A stretch of 64,000 nucleotides of DNA, from positions 14,351 through 78,350 of the forward strand of contig CAZPMN010000004.1 of the NCBI GenBank assembly GCA_964587835.1. The letters run 5' to 3'. Positions 55,490-63,617 of this stretch are shown piece by piece. The position numbers were made by a program, and so were the translations under genes. Source of the DNA: an uncultured bacterium. Lineage in GTDB: Bacteria > Auribacterota > Erginobacteria > Erginobacterales > Erginobacteraceae. The notes under the pieces are model-generated. The model did not search any database. It had not been told where the DNA came from and was given only the letters and a program-made list of their open reading frames with translations. The first letter of the stretch is position 1. Every line of letters starts with the position of its first letter.

Positions 55490-56467
55490 TCAGCCGCGGA
55501 ATTTCAGGGACTGCCGGGTCCTCAGGTAGGCCCGCCATTTCCCGACTACCAGCCGGGTCCGCTCCAGATATTCCCGGTCACTGAGTACTCTCTGGTTTTG
55601 AACCCTGGTGTGCTCCCGGGCGATATCTCTCCAGGAGAGGAGATTATCCAGCCAGGCTCTACAGTAAGCTTCCCGGACGGTCTGGAGCTGGGCGGCCAGA
55701 AGCAGATAACCGACCTCAAGGCAATTAACCAGGAGGTAGATTGGGATGATCAGGAAGAGAGTGGGATAGGAATAATTCTTCAAAACACTCCGTATATTGT
55801 TTCTTTCCCCGAGGTATCTCCTTTGAATGGTCCAGGTCGGGACTCCTCCCCCGGTCAGATGGTAAAAGCGGCAGCCGTCGGCCGGATAAACCTCCTCTCC
55901 GAGCAGTAAGGCCCGCCAGCAGAGATCGATCTCCTCGTGGAAGATAAACATCTTCTCGTCAAAGCCGCCCAGCCGGGCGAATAGCTTGCTGGAGATGATG
56001 AAGGCACAGCCGGGAGCCGTGCAGGACTTGCCCTCCCGGAAGGAACACCCATAGCCGAGAAAGTCAAAACCGTCGCGCTGGCCGATAAAAAGCTGCCCGT
56101 CATAGCTATACTCCCGAGCGGCGATGATCCCGGCCAGGGGGTTGTCCGCGATGAACCTGGAGAGTTCCCGGACGAAGTCCTGCGCCAGCCTGGCGTCGTT
56201 GTTCAGGAAGACCAGGTACCCCCCCTGGGCGAGTTTCGCGGCCGCGTTATTGGCCCCGGTGTAGCCGAGGTTCTCTTCCAGGGCCAGCACCTCCACCTCG
56301 GGATAGTTCTCCCGGACAAACTCCTTCGATCCGTCGGAGGAGTTGTTGTCGGCCAGGATCACCTCATAGTTGTCGGTGTTCTGGCTCCGGATGGATTGAA
56401 AACAGGGGCCGAGAAACTCCTTCCCGTTCCAGTTGAGAACGATGATGCTGATCAGGGGATCTTTCAT
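55490..56467 (-). CDS. Family 2 glycosyltransferase
   Basis: ISIIVLNWNGKEFL...YEVILADNNSSDGS...FLNNDARL. ATG 56467 with RBS GGATGGAGAG; the track ORF reads on through the upstream repeat element. Confidence 0.8.
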   Translation of the reverse strand: MKDPLISIIVLNWNGKEFLGPCFQSIRSQNTDNYEVILADNNSSDGSKEFVRENYPEVEVLALEENLGYTGANNAAAKLAQGGYLVFLNNDARLAQDFVRELSRFIADNPLAGIIAAREYSYDGQLFIGQRDGFDFLGYGCSFREGKSCTAPGCAFIISSKLFARLGGFDEKMFIFHEEIDLCWRALLLGEEVYPADGCRFYHLTGGGVPTWTIQRRYLGERNNIRSVLKNYSYPTLFLIIPIYLLVNCLEVGYLLLAAQLQTVREAYCRAWLDNLLSWRDIAREHTRVQNQRVLSDREYLERTRLVVGKWRAYLRTRQSLKFRG

Positions 56468-56568
56468 GGACTCTCCATCCTCCGTCGCCGGAAAACTATA
56501 GCAATCCCGCCCGTTTTGGGATAGTTTTTCCCTGAATTTGATAGCTGTTTCGATCCAGGCAGCGAGTT

Positions 56569-56615
56569 GAGATTGCTTCGTCGGCCAGAAAGCTTTCGGG
56601 CCTCCTCGCAATGAC
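56569..56615. repeat. Copy C of the GAGATTGCTTCG...CTCGCAATGAC palindromic repeat element in the divergent promoter region between the GT2 gene (minus) and the rSAM gene (plus)
   Basis: gagattgcttcgtcggccagaaagctttcgggcctcctcgcaatgac read directly. A partial terminus-like gattcgcaatgatacc recurs at ~56663. Confidence 0.6.
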
Positions 56616-56672
56616 GTGCAACCTATTTTATACTATCCTCAGTGACATTCTTTCCGGACACGATGATTCGCA

Positions 56673-57704
56673 ATGATACCGCTCTATAAGACCTGGCTGA
56701 TCCAGATCGAGATCACCAACGCCTGCACCTTCCAGTGCGCCAACTGCACCCGGTACGTCGGCCATCACCGCCAGCCCTACTTTATGGGGCTGAAAGAGAT
56801 CGAGCGGGCGGTCGACTCCCTGGAAGGCTTCGGGGGCGGGATCGGGATTATGGGTGGCGAGCCCACCCTCCACCCGGAGTTTCCCCGGATCTGCGAACTG
56901 CTCCGGAAGAAGGTCCCCCCGGAGAAATGCGGGATCTGGACCTCGGGCTACCGGTGGAATGAATACCGGGACCTGATCAAGGAGACCTTCAAATACGCCG
57001 TCAGCTTCAACGACCACAGCGATCCCAAGCAGAAGCACCAACCGGTCTTCGTTGCCATCGACGAGGTGATTCGGGACAAGGATCTGATGTGGGACCTGAT
57101 CGATCACTGCTGGGTCCAGGAGACCTGGTCTCCCTCGATCAACCCGAAGGGGGCCTTCTTCTGCGAGGTGGCGGCGGCGATGGATCTCTTTCTCGATGGT
57201 CCCGGCGGTTACCCGGTGGAGAAAGGCTGGTGGATCCGGGACCCGGAACACTTCCGCGACCAGGTTGAGCGTTACTGTCGCCGGTGCGGGGCGGCCCTGC
57301 CGATGCAGTGCGCCTCCAACCGGGATGCCGCCGACCTGATCTCTCCGGGCAATCTCGAGTTGTTTAAGAAGCACGGTTCGCCCAAGGTTCTCCAGGGCCG
57401 GTACCGGCTATTTTCCGAGCCGATGGACGACCGGGTCCGGGAGTTGCAGAAGGAGTGGGCTCCCCAGAATTACCTGGGGGTCCGGACCGGTCGGATGATC
57501 AAGAAGATCCTGCCTCTCCGGCACATCCTGCTCTTTCTCGGGGAATTCAAGCGGAAGAAGGATCTCAAACTGGACGAACTCTGGCTCCTCAACCGGGGAA
57601 CCTATAACACCCGGCGGGTCTGGGTCCGGATCAAGCGGAAGCTATTCGAGACCAAGCCGCCTCCGGAGATGTTTCCCCCGGTCCCCGTTCGGAAGGCCAA
57701 GTGA
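56673..57704 (+). CDS. Radical SAM domain protein
   Basis: IQIEITNACTFQCANCTRY (CX3CX2C), GIMGGEPTLHPEF. Confidence 0.7.
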   Translation: MIPLYKTWLIQIEITNACTFQCANCTRYVGHHRQPYFMGLKEIERAVDSLEGFGGGIGIMGGEPTLHPEFPRICELLRKKVPPEKCGIWTSGYRWNEYRDLIKETFKYAVSFNDHSDPKQKHQPVFVAIDEVIRDKDLMWDLIDHCWVQETWSPSINPKGAFFCEVAAAMDLFLDGPGGYPVEKGWWIRDPEHFRDQVERYCRRCGAALPMQCASNRDAADLISPGNLELFKKHGSPKVLQGRYRLFSEPMDDRVRELQKEWAPQNYLGVRTGRMIKKILPLRHILLFLGEFKRKKDLKLDELWLLNRGTYNTRRVWVRIKRKLFETKPPPEMFPPVPVRKAK

Positions 57705-58687
57705 AACCCCTGGTCTCCGCGATCATCCCCGCCCACGGCCGCGTTTCCCCGGTCCTGGCCTGCCTGAATTCCCTCTCCGCCTCTGATTACGACCGTCTGG
57801 AGATCATCGTCGTGGACGACTGCTCCCCGGAGAACATCTCGGCCCGGGTGGCGGCGGAATTCCCCTCGGTCCGGACGGTGCGGCTGCCGGAGAACCGGGG
57901 GGCCGCCGGGGCGAGGAACGAGGGGATGCGCCACGCCCGGGGAGAGTACTTCTTCTTTGTCGACAGCGATGTCCTGGTCGAAAGCAACACCCTGGGACTC
58001 CTGGTCGAGGCCGCCGCCCGCGAGCCGGCTTGCGGTGCAATCGGTCCGGTGGTCCGCTACCGCTCCAGTCGTCGGACCTACTTCGTCCGGACCCGGATCG
58101 ACCTGGATACCGGCCGGACCTATTACGACCGGGAGCTTCCCCGGGAGGGCGGGGTGCTGGAGACGCACCATATCCCCTGCCTCTGGCTGGTCGCCCGGAA
58201 GGTGGTCGAGAAGGTAGGGATAATGGATCCGATCTACCGGACTTACTACGAGGAATCGGACTGGCAGGGCCGGATGGGCCGGGCGGGGTTCCGGAACCTG
58301 GTCTGTCTCTCCGCCGCCGCCGATCACGATGTCCCGGACAGCCGGGGCATCGCCGGGATCCTCGCCGGGATGTCCGCGGGGGATCCGGACAAGGCGGTTT
58401 ACCACCTCTACCACCTGGCAAGAAACCGGACCATCTTTATGAAGAAGTTCGCCGGGCGGCTCCAGTACCTCCGGTTCCTCTTTCTCTACAACCAGCTCTT
58501 CTTCCTCTATTACTCCTTCAGGCTGATCTCCCGGTCCGGGCCGGCCTTTGCCGGCGCCTACCTCCGCGGTTTCCTCCGCGGGCTGTTCGATGCCCGCCGG
58601 GTCGCCCGGATCGTCAAGGGGACGGAAGACCGGGAGAGGCTTCCGCTTCCGCCCCTTTCCGGATCAAGTCCCCCCTCCTCCGTCTGA
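57701..58687 (+). CDS. Family 2 glycosyltransferase
   Basis: VSAIIPAHGR...LEIIVVDDCSPEN...FFFVDSDVLV. GTG overlaps the upstream TGA. Confidence 0.8.
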   Translation: MKPLVSAIIPAHGRVSPVLACLNSLSASDYDRLEIIVVDDCSPENISARVAAEFPSVRTVRLPENRGAAGARNEGMRHARGEYFFFVDSDVLVESNTLGLLVEAAAREPACGAIGPVVRYRSSRRTYFVRTRIDLDTGRTYYDRELPREGGVLETHHIPCLWLVARKVVEKVGIMDPIYRTYYEESDWQGRMGRAGFRNLVCLSAAADHDVPDSRGIAGILAGMSAGDPDKAVYHLYHLARNRTIFMKKFAGRLQYLRFLFLYNQLFFLYYSFRLISRSGPAFAGAYLRGFLRGLFDARRVARIVKGTEDRERLPLPPLSGSSPPSSV

Positions 58688-59368
58688 ACCGTTCCGGGCA
58701 GCGCCCGCCTCCACAAAGTAGGTTGACCAGCCGCGCTTCCGCCGGTATTCCCGACCCCGCCCTGCCTCCAGGAATTCCTTCCCCGGAACCTCGCGGCGCG
58801 CCAGCCACTTGCAGGGGTAGAAGAGGAGCATACTTAAGACCTCGAAGAATCCGCCGGCGGACCAGACCCGGAGGGGCTGAAAGCCGCTTCGGGCCAGTAT
58901 ATTCAGGAGTTTATCGCGGCGGTAATGACGGTGGCCCGCGTACCAGGCGGGGTCGGTCAGGGTTGACCGGAGATCGAATTTGGGCGTCGAGAGCAGGAGC
59001 CGACCGTCGGGCTTGAGAACCCGCCTGACCTCCCGGAGGGATTCGCCGACCGAATCCGTCGCCAGGTGTTCGAGAACCTCCCACATCACCACCAGATCGA
59101 ACCATTCACCTCGGAAGGGCAGCGCGGGAAGCCGGCCCCGGAGGAATTCGGCGCCGGGCACCTCGCGGGCGGCGGCAGCCAGACTTTTCTGGTCCCGGTC
59201 GAGCCCCACCGCCCGACGGCAGCCTACCTTCACCACCCCCGCCTCGAACCAGCCGTTTCCGCAGCCGATGTCAAGGACTGCCTGTTTCGTCAGATCTCCC
59301 GCCGCCGCCACCGATGCCGTGTGCCTTCCCGTCCAGCGGGCGGCGATTGATTCGGAATATCTTTTCAT
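58664..59368 (-). CDS. Class I SAM-dependent methyltransferase
   Basis: VLDIGCGNGWF (motif I), DLVVMWEVLEHL, VLKPDGRLLL. ATGA overlap with the upstream GT2. Confidence 0.7.
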   Translation of the reverse strand: MKRYSESIAARWTGRHTASVAAAGDLTKQAVLDIGCGNGWFEAGVVKVGCRRAVGLDRDQKSLAAAAREVPGAEFLRGRLPALPFRGEWFDLVVMWEVLEHLATDSVGESLREVRRVLKPDGRLLLSTPKFDLRSTLTDPAWYAGHRHYRRDKLLNILARSGFQPLRVWSAGGFFEVLSMLLFYPCKWLARREVPGKEFLEAGRGREYRRKRGWSTYFVEAGAARNGSDGGGGT

Positions 59369-60195
59369 CTCTGTCCGGAGATTGGGGAAGCGAGATAAAC
59401 CAGGCCGACCGCCAGTCTTAGAAAGATCATCCCGCCGGCCAGAAGCGGATGACAGATCAGCTTCTTCCACTTCCTCTCTTCCAGGAATACGCCGAGGTAG
59501 CGATAGTAGAGGCCGAACTGTTTCTTGATCTCGGGGTCTTCTCTCCCCCACTTGGCGATATATTCGGCGAAACCCCGGCTATAGTAACGTTTCTTCGCCA
59601 GATAATGGCGGAGGCAGAACAGGCCCTCGTTGTGGAAGATCACCGCATCGGCGAGTCCTGCCTTTCCGCCGGCCCGGAGCCGGCGGTCAAAGTCCCAGTC
59701 TTCAGGGCCGTTGAGATTTTCGTCGAAACCGCCGATCTTTAGGGCCGCCGCCCGGGGGAAGAACCGGGCGGCATCAATGCAGGTCCCGTCGTAAAAACTT
59801 CGCTCAAAGTCACGGACCTTGATCCAGAACCCCTCCCCGATAATGCGTTCCGGGATATAAAGGCCGGCCAGCCCCTCGCGACTGGACTTCTCCAGGCACT
59901 TCCCGATCAGTCCCTCCCCCAGGACCATATCAGCATCGAGGTAGAGGATGTACCTTCCCCGGGCCTGGGCGATCCCGAAGTTCCGCTGGGCCGAGCGCTC
60001 GGGACCGTGGTCGAAGACCAAATGGGTGAACCGGGAGGCGATCTCCTTGGTCCGATCGGAGGAATCGTTATCAACCACGATGATCTCCAGTTTCTCCCGG
60101 GGGTAGTCCTGGCGGAGAACCGACTCCAGGCAGGAGGCGATGTGCTTCTCCTCGTTCCGGGTGGTAACAACTATCGAGACGTCGATCAGTGCCAT
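59365..60195 (-). CDS. Family 2 glycosyltransferase
   Basis: VSIVVTTRNEEKHI...LEIIVVDNDSSDRT...ILYLDADMVL. Confidence 0.8.
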   Translation of the reverse strand: MALIDVSIVVTTRNEEKHIASCLESVLRQDYPREKLEIIVVDNDSSDRTKEIASRFTHLVFDHGPERSAQRNFGIAQARGRYILYLDADMVLGEGLIGKCLEKSSREGLAGLYIPERIIGEGFWIKVRDFERSFYDGTCIDAARFFPRAAALKIGGFDENLNGPEDWDFDRRLRAGGKAGLADAVIFHNEGLFCLRHYLAKKRYYSRGFAEYIAKWGREDPEIKKQFGLYYRYLGVFLEERKWKKLICHPLLAGGMIFLRLAVGLVYLASPISGQR

Positions 60196-60247
60196 AAATA
60201 GACGATAGCTTCCCTTTCCTGATGTGGCACTCCAACGGAGTGCCACA

Positions 60248-61603
60248 TCATATCAGTACGTTTTTTTCCTCTGACTCTGACTGGGGGTTTATCTCCATCC
60301 CTAGCCCTGTCGGACGCTGGAAGAGGCTCGGGGTGAGGAAGAGAGTTCCCAGGAAAGAGAGGCAGCCGAAGATGTTGAGGATGAGGAGAACCTCCCGCAG
60401 ACCGGGATGCCAGAGATAGATCGCCGCCGCCTGACCCACCGCGGCGATCAGGAGAAACTTGATGAACCGGGTGGAGCCGACCGAGAGGTTGTAGAAAATC
60501 TCCAACCAGAGCAGAGAATAGAAACTCATTGCCAGGGCGAAGAGGCCGACCAGGGAGACAATCTCGGAGTCGGTCTTTCCGGTCAGGATTCCCAAAACCA
60601 GACTCGGAGCCAGCCAGCAGACCGCGGTCGCTGAACCCGAGAGCAGCGCGGCTAGTTTCAAACCCCGGTGGAAGAGGTGGATGCTGGAGGAGTTGATAGC
60701 CTTGAGCGAGGCGGCCTTGGGAAAAACCACCAGGGCCACCGCGGCCGGGAGAAAGAGGATAATCTTCCCCACCATCTGGGCCACCGAGTAGTAGCCCGCT
60801 TCCTGCGGGGAGAAGAAGGCCTTGACCAGGGTAATGTCTATGTTGGTTAGGATGGCGAAAGAGAGCAAGGCCAGCATCGTGGGGATGATATATCGGTAGA
60901 TCGGTCCCATTGTCGGGGAGGGCAGCACCGATGGCAAGGTGCGGCGGCGGAAATATCCCCGGATCAGCCGGACCCCGATCAGGAGCATCAGGGCCGGGGC
61001 GAATAAATAGCCGGAGAGTGCCCCCGCCACTCCGGCTCCGGCCAGAACCAATCCGATTCCGAGAACAAGCTTGGTCAGGGCGTAGGAGACATTGAGGAGG
61101 GCCAGGGGGCTGAACTTCTGGGCCCCCTGGAGAAAGGCCGCCGGGAGGCAGGCGGGCAGGTGGACCGCCACTACCAGGCCCAGGATGTAGAAGAGGCTGA
61201 CGGCGTCAATCTGCTGGGCCCGGGCCAGGGGGCCGGCGGCGATAAAAAAGACCAGCAGGAGTCCTCCCGCTCCGATTCCCAGGTCGCGGCCGGCTCGTTT
61301 CACGGTTGCCGCCGCCATGGCCAGCCTTCCCCGGGCGATCTCCTCGGCGAAGAACCTGGCCAGGGCCGGCTGGATGGCGGCGGTCAGCTGGCCGAAGAAG
61401 ACGGTGAAGACCACCAGGGAGTTGAGGACGCCGTAGTTCTCCACCTCGAGGAGACGGACCATCAGGAGGTGGAAGATGAGGTTGATCACCCCGGCCAGTT
61501 GGGTCCCGGCCATCGTGATCCCGGCGTGGCGGATGAAGTCGTCTCTTAAAATTTTTTTTCCAAAAATTTTAAGATCGAGGATTCTGTTCTTGAAATCTTC
61601 CAT
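60248..61603 (-). CDS. wzx: Polysaccharide biosynthesis protein / Wzx-like flippase (MOP superfamily)
   Basis: About 12-14 TMs, typical PST-family length and architecture. ATG 61603 chosen. Confidence 0.7.
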   Translation of the reverse strand: MEDFKNRILDLKIFGKKILRDDFIRHAGITMAGTQLAGVINLIFHLLMVRLLEVENYGVLNSLVVFTVFFGQLTAAIQPALARFFAEEIARGRLAMAAATVKRAGRDLGIGAGGLLLVFFIAAGPLARAQQIDAVSLFYILGLVVAVHLPACLPAAFLQGAQKFSPLALLNVSYALTKLVLGIGLVLAGAGVAGALSGYLFAPALMLLIGVRLIRGYFRRRTLPSVLPSPTMGPIYRYIIPTMLALLSFAILTNIDITLVKAFFSPQEAGYYSVAQMVGKIILFLPAAVALVVFPKAASLKAINSSSIHLFHRGLKLAALLSGSATAVCWLAPSLVLGILTGKTDSEIVSLVGLFALAMSFYSLLWLEIFYNLSVGSTRFIKFLLIAAVGQAAAIYLWHPGLREVLLILNIFGCLSFLGTLFLTPSLFQRPTGLGMEINPQSESEEKNVLI

Positions 61604-61608
61604 CGATC

Positions 61609-61699
61609 GAGATTGCTTCCTGCCTGCCGGCAAGCGGGCGTCGCCCTTTTGTCGGGGCACGGCATGCCGTGCCCCGACATCGGGCCGGATCGCAATGAC
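61609..61699. repeat. Copy D of the GAGATTGCTTCC...CGCAATGAC palindromic repeat element (91 nt) filling the spacer between the B12-rSAM stop and the flippase start; contains a perfect 28-nt palindrome
   Basis: gagattgcttcc...gtcggggcacggcatgccgtgccccgac...cgcaatgac; perfect palindrome at 61651-61678. Confidence 0.6.
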
Positions 61700-61704
61700 A
61701 GTGT

Positions 61705-63210
61705 CTATTGAAAGTCGCGGAGGTGGCCCCAGACCTTCTTCCCGGCCCGGAGAAAGTATCGGATATCCGACCAGTTTCGGATACTGATGACTTTCCGGGC
61801 CAGGAAGAGGGGATTATAAGCAATCGAGTACATTCCTCGAACCAGTTTCATCAAATCCTTCTCCGGGAAGGGAGTCTTCATCACCGGCCGTTTCATATCA
61901 TAGTTGGGCCAGTCTTCGGTTAGCAGCCAGCCATTCTCCTTACACTCTTGATAGAGGGGGGTTCCAGGATACGGAACCACCACCGTTGCCTGCATCGTAT
62001 AGGCCCAGCCCTTCTTCAACAGGAAGCGACCCAGTTCAAAGGTGTTCCGGGCCTGTTCGTAACTTTCCCAGGGGTAACCGAACATAATCGTGATGTGGGG
62101 ATAGAGGCCGGCCCGGCGGGCATTCCGGCAGGAATCGATGATCGTCTCCACCTTCAGGTTCTTGTTCAGTCGGTCCAGGGTTTCCTGGTTGCCGCTCTCC
62201 AGTCCGAAGAGGAGGAAGCGGAAGCCCGCTTCCTTCATCAGCCGGTAATCATCCGCCGAGGCGGCCCCGAAGCGGAAGTTGCAGTCGAACCCCACCTTCC
62301 GGTTAAAGCCGCGATCCACCGCCCCCCGGCAGAAATCGCGCAGCCATTCGCCCCGGGGGAAGGTCCCGGTATCGTCCATTATCTCCCGGACCGGGTACCG
62401 GCCGGTGATTTGCCCGATCTCGTCGAGAACATTTCCCACCGTCCGGACCCGGAACTTCGGATAGAGTCCGGTCCAACTGCAGAAGGTGCACTTTCCCCAC
62501 CAGCAGTCCCGCCCGCTCATAATGTAGGTCCCCGGAGTCCGTCGATAGTTGCCGTTCCGGTAGGCGTAGAGTTCCCACTTGGTCAGTTCCCGGTCGATGA
62601 AGGGGACTCCATCGAGATCGTGGTTGAGTTGGAAGGGGCCGGTGTTCTTGATCTCTCCGCCGTCGCGGTACCAGATTCCCGCAGGGAGGGAATGGGGTGT
62701 TGGGGAATGGAGAATGGATTTTGGGGAATGGGGAATGGGGAATGGGGAATGGTCCAGAACCCGGCAGAGATCGCGGAGGAGGAAGTCGTAGTCGCCGCCG
62801 GTGAGGACGTAATCGACCGGCGAGTTGGCCAGGGACTCTTCGGGGAGAGCGGTGACGTGGTCACCACAAAGAACAGTAAGCGGTAAGCGGTGAGCGGTAA
62901 GCGGCAACTGCTTGATCTCGCTGATGAGCTTCCAGTGCTCCCGGATCACCGGGGTCTTGGTCTCAAAGACGATCAGATCGGGTTTCTCCCGCTCCAGCAT
63001 CCGGAAGTATGCCTCCCGCTCGATCCCTTCGGCGGCGCAGTCGTTCCAGATCACCCGATAGCCGGCATCGCGGAGCATCGTGGCGGCGGAGGCCGGGACC
63101 ACCGGATAGATGAAGGTCGGCTCGCTGAAGTACTGGAACTGCCGGTTCTGCCCCAGTGTGGGAAACCCCTTGGCTCTATCGAGGGGCGGGTATGAGAAGA
63201 TAATCTTCAC
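61705..63210 (-). CDS. B12-binding domain radical SAM protein carrying two in-frame insertions encoded by heptad tandem repeats
   Basis: MKIIFSYPP... B12-binding-like N-domain; SGRDCWWGKCTFCSW Cys motif; radical SAM core (FGLESGNQETL). Linker residues HSPFPIPHSPKSILHSPTPHS are encoded by ggggaat repeats, and LPLTAHRLPLTVL by cggtaag repeats. Confidence 0.8.
   Translation of the reverse strand: MKIIFSYPPLDRAKGFPTLGQNRQFQYFSEPTFIYPVVPASAATMLRDAGYRVIWNDCAAEGIEREAYFRMLEREKPDLIVFETKTPVIREHWKLISEIKQLPLTAHRLPLTVLCGDHVTALPEESLANSPVDYVLTGGDYDFLLRDLCRVLDHSPFPIPHSPKSILHSPTPHSLPAGIWYRDGGEIKNTGPFQLNHDLDGVPFIDRELTKWELYAYRNGNYRRTPGTYIMSGRDCWWGKCTFCSWTGLYPKFRVRTVGNVLDEIGQITGRYPVREIMDDTGTFPRGEWLRDFCRGAVDRGFNRKVGFDCNFRFGAASADDYRLMKEAGFRFLLFGLESGNQETLDRLNKNLKVETIIDSCRNARRAGLYPHITIMFGYPWESYEQARNTFELGRFLLKKGWAYTMQATVVVPYPGTPLYQECKENGWLLTEDWPNYDMKRPVMKTPFPEKDLMKLVRGMYSIAYNPLFLARKVISIRNWSDIRYFLRAGKKVWGHLRDFQ
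62685..62752. repeat. GGGGAAT-type heptad tandem array (4 perfect units at 62723-62750 plus degenerate flanking units) inside the B12-rSAM coding region
   Basis: ggagggaatggggtgttggggaatggagaatggattttggggaatggggaatggggaatggggaatgg read directly. Confidence 0.6.
62874..62908. repeat. CAGTAAG/CGGTAAG/CGGTGAG heptad array inside the B12-rSAM coding region, same family as the his-operon spacers but stop-bearing orientation on the non-coding (plus) strand
   Basis: cagtaag cggtaag cggtgag cggtaag cggcaac read at 62874-62908. Confidence 0.6.
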
Positions 63211-63294
63211 GAGTAATCAGCACTACCAATGGTTGGAAGGTGGAAGTTTAACATATTTTCCGTGATTGAAATGGCGATTATTCTGATTGTGCTG

Positions 63295-63323
63295 TTGACA
63301 GAAACTCACTATAAGTGTATGTT
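63295..63323 (+). promoter_or_regulatory. Sigma70-like promoter TTGACA-N17-TATGTT upstream of the vapB/vapC pair in a low-GC spacer
   Basis: Read at 63295-63323. RBS GGGAGG lies 8 nt before ATG 63369. Confidence 0.5.
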
Positions 63324-63368
63324 AAGTGTGTTTATCTGAGCAACTATTCAGTTGAAGGGAGGTTGATT

Positions 63369-63611
63369 ATGGCCGTGAAGACCATCACAATCGATATGGA
63401 AGCTTATGAGTTGCTGGCCGCGGAGAAGAACGGGAAAGAATCGTTCAGCCGGGTGATTAAGCGGAAATTGCGGCCGGTACATACTGCGGATAATCTATTG
63501 CGCAATCTTGCTAAGATCGAGTTATCCGACAGCACCCTGGATCGGACTGAAGAAATCATCCGGGCCCGGCGGGACTCCATTGCGGATTCTCCGGTGATAG
63601 AAAAGGAGTAA
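63369..63611 (+). CDS. vapB: Type II antitoxin (VapB-like, small predicted-antitoxin family)
   Basis: MAVKTITIDMEAYELLAAEKNGKESFSRVIKRKL; 80 aa. Its stop is 6 nt before the ATG of a PIN-domain gene. Confidence 0.7.
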   Translation: MAVKTITIDMEAYELLAAEKNGKESFSRVIKRKLRPVHTADNLLRNLAKIELSDSTLDRTEEIIRARRDSIADSPVIEKE

Positions 63612-63617
63612 CCGGCG

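Noticed and set aside
38073-63210. Interpretation of the rSAM/SPASM-rich cluster as a RiPP biosynthetic cluster
   Set aside because: No small precursor-peptide ORF, leader-like sequence, peptidase/transporter pair or RiPP recognition element was seen. The context is dominated by glycosyltransferases, a flippase and sugar-nucleotide enzymes.
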